A stretch of 63,875 bases of DNA, filler included. It is 13 parts of 13 records of this genome, joined end to end, with 100 filler letters (N's around TTAATTAATTAA, not from the genome) between each part and the next. Parts side by side here need not be neighbours in the genome. Positions count along the whole stretch, not along the records: positions 57,371 to 63,875 come from SRR15195285_6492; 12 more parts are not named here. The stretch is one strand, 5' to 3'. The notes under the pieces were generated by a model. The model was not told the origin of the DNA. It worked only from the letters and a program-made list of their open reading frames with translations, and did not search any database. The translations under genes and the position numbers were made by a program. Of this stretch, positions 57,466-63,875 are shown one piece after another; positions within the stretch are counted from its first letter, which is position 1, and each line of letters opens with the position of its first letter.

Positions 57466-59729
57466 ATGGCACGTACTGTGGTCGTGGCGCTGACCGTGGC
57501 GTTTGTTCTCACAGCTGCTGCCGGCGCCAGTAACGGTGGCGGCATCGGCGCGCGCATGCTCTGGGTCCAAAAGGGCTCGCCGGGCAGTAACGTCAGCACT
57601 GCGGCCGTCGACGATTCCGACATCGGCAGCCTCGCGGAGTGCGCCACGCGCGCCAAGCAGTGCAAGATGGCAAACTTCGTGTCGTTCTCGAAGAAGAATC
57701 GGGACTGCTCATGGTACAGCGCGTGCGACATCAGCAAGGGCATCGGGAACCCGACCGGCGATTACCAGAGCGAGGTGATCAAAGTGACGCAGGGAGCGCC
57801 CGCGGTGGGCACGACAAGCGCCGTTTGCTGTGGCGACACTTCCATCGGCGGTGACTGCAACAAGGACAAGTCGGGCTCCTGGTCGCCCCCGCCTCCGCCG
57901 CTAAGGGTTCTGGCTTCCGTAAATTGGAGCGCTGTGCTGCGCAGCGTCCACACCTCGAGCCAGATCGAAACTGACGTGATGCCTTTCTTGGGGCGTACGC
58001 CTGACGGCGGGGACTTCAATGGCTACATGAACTCGCTGCAGAACATCGGCGCCGAGTACATGCGATTCTCGCCATGGTTTGGGTACCCACAAGTGGTCGT
58101 ACCTGAGCTAGTCCAAACGCGGTGCCAAGGCTCGCAGGCCAACTACACGTTGATGGATGGCATTATGCGTGATTTCATGACAGGTGTGACCCCTCCCCCT
58201 CTAGTAGCTTGGCACGGCTGAAACTGGCCCACCTGACCCAATAGACCTCTGCTGTAGGCGTGTGTGGGCTCAGGGCAGCCGACGGCGAGTGCGAGCGCAG
58301 CGTGTCCCAGCAGCTCTCCACGATGCCCAGCTGGCTGTACAAAGGCGGTGCGAACATCAGTGATCTACCATCCGACCCGTGGCAGTATCCGAGTGGCGAC
58401 ATGGCATACTATTCTGCGAAAGGCACGCAGCTAGTTGACGAGAGCTGCGCGGCAATGGCGCGTTACGCCGCCCGATTCACCGGCTGGTACACCGCTGGCG
58501 GGTATACCGATGAGTGCGGCAAGTACCACAAGTCTGGCTACTACTACAACGTGCGAGTCTCCTGCCCTTGTCGCCCGTTCCGCCCTTGAAACCGCACCAC
58601 CCCGGCCCTATCAATGATTTGAGTGTGCCAAATGGCAAGTCTTGTCCCAGCTGCGTGTCTGATGATCAGTCTCAGCAATCGCTATACCCTTGCACTTTAT
58701 GCGTTGCGTGTGCACATGTGCGACCCCATGCTGCCCTGTGCTGTGCAGTGGACATATCTATCCGTGTTGAACGAGGACGAGAAGGCCATGCAGCCGGAGA
58801 ATGGGGTGGAGTATACGAAATGCTTTGACCAGTGGAAGGCTGCGATCGCCAAGGTCAATCCACATGTGACTTTGATTGGACCGGAGACGTACTATATGAA
58901 CGGTGGCAAGCGCAACCCTGGTGTGACGAGCCTTGCCTACAACACTTACTTCTTGAACGCTAGCAATCACGTTGATGGGCAGTCACCTTCCGTGATCAGC
59001 AACCACAACGCGGTCGGCAGTTTTGACGGCTTCGATCAGTGGTACGAAGAATTTGCACTGCCGTTGGAGGCGGCGAGACAAATGCTTGCCCCACAAACAG
59101 AGTCCGTGCTCAACGAAGTTGTGCTTGGAGTGGACGACTGGTGTGATACGGGGGAAAAGCACGAGGCATGTCCAAACTGGCAAGATGCAGCGAGCCAGGG
59201 CCGTGCAGCCAACCGGAGAACACTTAGTTGGAATCACGACGCAACAGTCTACGCGTACAACTTCGCGAGACTATCTGAGCTTGGGTATCTGTATGTTACC
59301 TCTGATCAGCTCGTGGGCGGCCCGTGGCCAGACAACTACCCTAGCGTGTCGAGTTTGGACTGGGAGACAGGCGAGCCGAACGCGAAGTACTGGGTAGTTC
59401 GCTTGTTGGCTTCTGTGTTTGGCAAGCGTACGCGGCAGCTCGTTCAAACAAACGTCAGCTTATCGGGGGCGAATGGGACAGCAAACGCATATGCGATGGG
59501 CTTTGTGCAACAAGGCCAACGAGGAGTTCTTTTGCTATCCAAAAGCGACGGGCCAGTAATATTTCGTGTGCCTTTCGCTGTAGGGTGGGAGGGTGCGTTG
59601 TTGGAAGGGGCTGGCGACGAACCTGGTTTTGTGCCACCACGTGCAATTCGTGTGGGTGAGGAACCCGGAATCGCAGCTGGCGCGTATGCAGTTTTGGTTC
59701 TATGGGAGCCCCCCCATAGGGAGAGTTGA
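57466..59729 (+). CDS. Secreted clan GH-A (GH39-like) glycoside hydrolase with an N-terminal PAN/apple-like module, three exons
   Basis: Signal peptide, 'CATRAKQC..ANFVSFS....DCSWYSAC', putative acid/base 'SVLNE', 'LIGP' and a second Glu in 'VLNEV'. Confidence 0.7.
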
Positions 59730-60326
59730 GCGCGTGGTCAAATTACCCCATGGCCCATTTCCATTCAAACGCCCAAATGAATAGCTAGCGCCAGCGTCTT
59801 TGTGACGCGAAGACCCTGCGTGGCGCACCCCGTCACTAAAAGATCTTGCTTTTACAATGGCGCAGAAATGGTTACATTTGCGAGAACTTTTCACCCAAAA
59901 AGAACCAAACGAGCTGCACACGCACGAAGTTTTACCATTGGGGGGCGCTTGCCGGTCTGATTTCTCTGCAAGAAGACGAGTGGTATTGAGCCATTTTTGC
60001 GGACTTCGTTTGCTTCTTTCCTTCCTTTTCGCGCAGCTTGCATTACTGGCCGAGACAGTCTCGGCGCCTCCTTCTCTGCGTGAAGTAATGTAGGTAAATC
60101 TATCGTTTGAGCCTGAGAACTCTCCCACAAAACCTGGGCACTGCTGTAACTCCTACACACGCTACAGTACATCCGCACTAGCTAGCTAGACTGAGTATGA
60201 GCACGCGTTGATGATGCCTTTCCGCCAGCCATATTACTGGTAATACAGCAGTGCCGCCCGCGCCACGCGCCGCGGACTTCACCCGAGAAACGGCCCATAG
60301 AGGAGCCGGTGCCAGGGCGCAGCGTG

Positions 60327-61391
60327 ATGGCCTGCAGCATGGTGCGCGCGGACGGGAGCTTCCACGACAATGTCGATGTCCAGCAGCTCAGCGAGCTCGA
60401 TGACCCAGCCGTGAAAGAGCGGATCGCTCGCGCGGATCGCGATGGGCCGCCTGATCTAGGGTATCGATACGTGTTTCAGGCCGATGAATTGGCGGAAATC
60501 AAGCGCTGCAACGACGAGCATGGGTTCGCGATCGTACGGGACGTTATTGACCAGGCCACCGTAGATGCCCTGAAGGCAGACATTGTTGAGATACTCGACC
60601 CACACGGCAGCGTTCAGCCAGGGCAAACCCGGGTAGGGCACGCATTTATCGAGCACAGTCCCGCGATGGAGGCACTGCTATCGCATGAAAAGCTACTACG
60701 CATTCACCGCGCCGTGCTCGGCACGGACGAGCTGCATCTCCACCGTAGTGCAGGGTACTTGAAGGCTGGAGGTTCCGGTCCTCTCAACTGGCACATGGAC
60801 TATGCAGGGTTCGTTTCGCTGCCACCTCCCACAAGTGGAAGCTTCATGAACCGCAGCGAAATTGATCCAAATGGATTCTATTTCTACTTGAACGGGTCGC
60901 ATCCCGCCAAAGGTGGCCTCGCTGTTCTCGAAAACTCTCACCGTCCAGACTGGGCTGGACCCACTCACCTCGCGTGTGGGGGTGGCAGCTGGAAGAAGCG
61001 GCACGCGACTTTCAATGGGCAACATCGCACGATGGAGATGCCAGAGTGTGTGCCGTTGTTCTCCAATCCACAGGACCTGATCATATTCGCGGCCCGGACG
61101 TACCATGCAGCGTTTCCTATGCACAGCTCCATGAGCGAGCCACGGCTTTCCGTTGGGCTGCGGTTCCGGTCGCACGCAGGTCTCGGTGATGGCGATCCGA
61201 AGCTAGCGAATTTGGTGGAAACCTGGAAAAAAATGGGGATCGTGGCTTCGGAAACGGCGGCGCCGTGGCCACTGCCTGCCTCGGCGAAGGAGCTTCAGGC
61301 ACGACACAGGGGCACGGAGCGAGAAGCGATGTTGAAGCACTACACCAGCATCGATTTCAGGTGGACAAAACCAGACTCGCCCAAGCTGTAG
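60327..61391 (+). CDS. PhyH-family 2-oxoglutarate/Fe(II) dioxygenase
   Basis: 'HGFAIVRDVID', H-x-D in 'WHMD', 'GGLAVLENSH', distal His in 'RTYHAA' and 'PRLSV'. The protein ends in -PKL. Confidence 0.9.
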   Translation: MACSMVRADGSFHDNVDVQQLSELDDPAVKERIARADRDGPPDLGYRYVFQADELAEIKRCNDEHGFAIVRDVIDQATVDALKADIVEILDPHGSVQPGQTRVGHAFIEHSPAMEALLSHEKLLRIHRAVLGTDELHLHRSAGYLKAGGSGPLNWHMDYAGFVSLPPPTSGSFMNRSEIDPNGFYFYLNGSHPAKGGLAVLENSHRPDWAGPTHLACGGGSWKKRHATFNGQHRTMEMPECVPLFSNPQDLIIFAARTYHAAFPMHSSMSEPRLSVGLRFRSHAGLGDGDPKLANLVETWKKMGIVASETAAPWPLPASAKELQARHRGTEREAMLKHYTSIDFRWTKPDSPKL

Positions 61392-61445
61392 GCAGAAGCC
61401 TAGAAGAAGCTATATGAAGCCTAGAGTGCTGCGTGACAGGCATAG

Positions 61446-63198
61446 TTAATTGGTGCCACCACCACCACCACCAAACCAGCCTCCCCGCTGAGTTCGATCG
61501 ATAATACCCATCGAGTGATGTACAGCAGACAGAGCGGTAATTGCATCAATGTTGCTGAGCATCTTCCCGCCACCGCCTCCGTTGGAATTGCCTCCACCGC
61601 TGCTAGAACCGCTATCCATATTGATGTAATTGTGTGGCATCTCGACCTTGAAGTCTTTCAAATTTTGGTAGATCGTAGATGCAATGTCTCGTTGCACCTC
61701 CGCGAGGAACACTTCTTTGTTTGCACCCTTCGCGCGGTATTTCGCCGCCTCCACCGCCGCCTCTGCGTTCCCCTTTGCTTCAATGGCTTTAGCTGCATTC
61801 ATATAGCATTGCACATGGGCGCAAATCAGAACTCAACATCATGATGTTGCCAGGGAACATTGCCATGCGGCACAACAAGACAGCACGACTAGCCAGCCTA
61901 CCTGCATAGACAGCAGCAGAGCTCACTGCCTTTTGTATATCAAGCTCTGCTTGCGCCATCGAGAGCTCCTTCTTCTTTGCGATCATAGCCAGTTCTTCCT
62001 TCTTCTTTTCTTCGATCACATCTCGCTCCGCTTGGAGCTTAGCAACCTCCACTTCGCGCGACATGCGGATCTGCATCACCTCCTTTTCTCTCACAGCATC
62101 TTGAGCTTCCCTAGTACGCTGAATTTCTTTATTGAGCTGCTCGGTTTTGGCGCGGGCCTTTGACGTCTCTTGCTCTTGCACTGCCTTGATCCGCTCAGCC
62201 ACCAGTCGCTTTTTTTCGATGAGCAGCTTCTCGAGGGCTGTTTCAGGGCGTGGCTCACCAATCAAGACCTGCGAAATGGCAATACCGTACTGCGCAAGCG
62301 GGTTGTCCTCTCGCTGCTCTTGGCCGTTGCTGTCGAGAATCGGGATCGTCTTCCATGCCATTGTCTTCGTCTGCTTGAGCTGATTCGATGCCTGCTGCTG
62401 GTAGCCCACTGCTGCTAGATCGGTTTGCTCCACCTCTACCTGCTTGCGCGAGGTCTTGACTAGTCCATACTGTAGTTGATTCTCCAGCTTGGACTTAAAC
62501 TCATTCAGCCCTCCCTGGAAAAACTCTTCGCCCGTGTACTGCGTTGCTGTAATCACAGTGACATTTTTGGCGTTCCGCTCAAGCAGCGAGCCTGCACACA
62601 AGATAGTGAATGCTATCAGCCGAGTCGCAGGCAGCAGCACGGAATTTTAGACAAGAGGCTCGGTGTCAATCGCACGCTCGAGATTGTCCATCGAGCCGAA
62701 CTCCATGTGCAGCTTCCGGATCTCTGCGTCTGATGAAGGCAACCGGAAGCGGAATGTAACTGGTACCGTTCCTGCGTACGTGTCGGCGAACGTGCAGCGC
62801 ACGGGCTTGCCACCATCGTCCTCGCTACGGAAGACATCGACCGACAATAGTTTGTCATATGCGGTGAGCTTCGAGAAGAATGGGACGCGCCGCTGCATCC
62901 CCTGCTGTGTATGTACATCCAGTGTTCCGCTGAGATTATTCTGGCACACGTATACCTTCCCTGCATCGACTGCAAAAAACGATTCGCCGATTGAATACGC
63001 CACGAAAAGCACGCCAAGACTACCGAAGACCTGGCCTGCGGATGGCTGCGGGAAACCCTCGGACGTGGACGCGCGCCCGCTCGAGTACGCCCTCCGTCCA
63101 GGCGACATCAGGCTGACCCCACGGCCGAAGCAGCTGGAGCTGCTGGTCCGAGTCACCGTACAAACCCGGTGTTGCGCCATAGAAGAGACACGCAGCAT
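61446..63198 (-). CDS. SPFH/Band-7 family protein with a long coiled coil, three exons
   Basis: TM followed by 'SFFAVDAG.VYV.QN...G', SPFH core and Ala/Glu/Lys coiled coil. Introns 62592-62675 and 61793-61901 restore the frame. Confidence 0.85.
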
Positions 63199-63875
63199 CG
63201 CCGTCAAATCGGATCCGTCACCCTGTCACCCTGTCACCCGTCACGCGCCGGTGCCGGTCTTTGCGGGCGATGGCGTCAAACCCGCACGGGCGAGACTATA
63301 CCAGCAGCTGTGGCACGACGTGGTAGTACCCTCTAGTTCTGCGTCCGTCAGGCGCTACCGCGCGGGACCGCGCGGCGCGGGCGCGACCGCTAGCTGGCGA
63401 GCCCCACGCACGCCGCGCGGCCGCGCTCCACGCGCGAATATTACAGTACTAGATCTATATAGATTGATATAATAGTACGGTACCCAGGTACTGTATAATA
63501 CATGTCATGTTCTAATGTACTCGGTACAGTAGGCGGTGACTTGTAGACGTGCATGTAAACGTGAGATCCGGAGAGAACAAAGGGGATCCTCCCGCGGTGA
63601 TGGTCCATCCTGACCATCCCCCATTCAATTCAATTGACAATTGAAGCGTGGGAACTCGATTCAGACACGACGCGTGATCGCTACTATCAATAGGAAGTTC
63701 CTACTAGTATGTACAGTAGCGATCACGCTGTACGATCACGCTCTGTACTAGATCTAGTACAGTAGACGTCAGCAGTCATTTGTCGATTTTGTATGGAACG
63801 GAGGAACGCGTGTGATTTGGCTCGAATAACAGTACAAAATACGGTTGGGTTCATTGAATAAACAAACTCAGGATG

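Overview
This is not one continuous locus. It is 13 short contigs (about 3-8 kb each) joined by twelve artificial 100-nt linkers (44 N + TTAATTAATTAA + 44 N), so synteny can only be read within a contig. The DNA is GC-rich, gene-dense and eukaryotic, with short GT-AG introns (mostly 65-200 nt, several with CTRAC-like branch points). A Tctex-type dynein light chain and many secreted carbohydrate-active enzymes suggest a flagellated, probably heterotrophic protist; the lineage cannot be fixed from sequence alone. Recognisable genes: GH55-like glucanase, PQ-loop protein, type-B carboxylesterase, SINA E3 ligase, ubiquilin, TCTEX1D2, SET methyltransferase, ABCC transporter, sulfatase, two six-hairpin glycosidases, a PH/EF/WW/PDZ/WD40 scaffold, PRP4 kinase, PP2C, POGLUT1/Rumi, PrsW protease, FNT channel, pectin acetylesterase, a clan GH-A glycosidase, PhyH dioxygenase and an SPFH protein. 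The top candidate for a new system is at 51359-55308. It is a putative membrane-tethered, self-cleaving transcription factor: acidic activator region, NLS, DNA-binding-like domain, phage phi29-type Peptidase_G2 autoproteolytic chaperone, TM helix, then a Sushi-like/SRCR-like ectodomain. This is a MYRF-like design built from different parts. A second membrane-tethered factor (Cys-rich ectodomain, TM, three C2H2 fingers) lies tail-to-tail with a POGLUT1/Rumi-like gene. Also notable are a SINA-RPA32C fusion and a contig bounded by in-frame 30-bp inverted repeats. All family calls are by-eye motif recognition; no database search was run.
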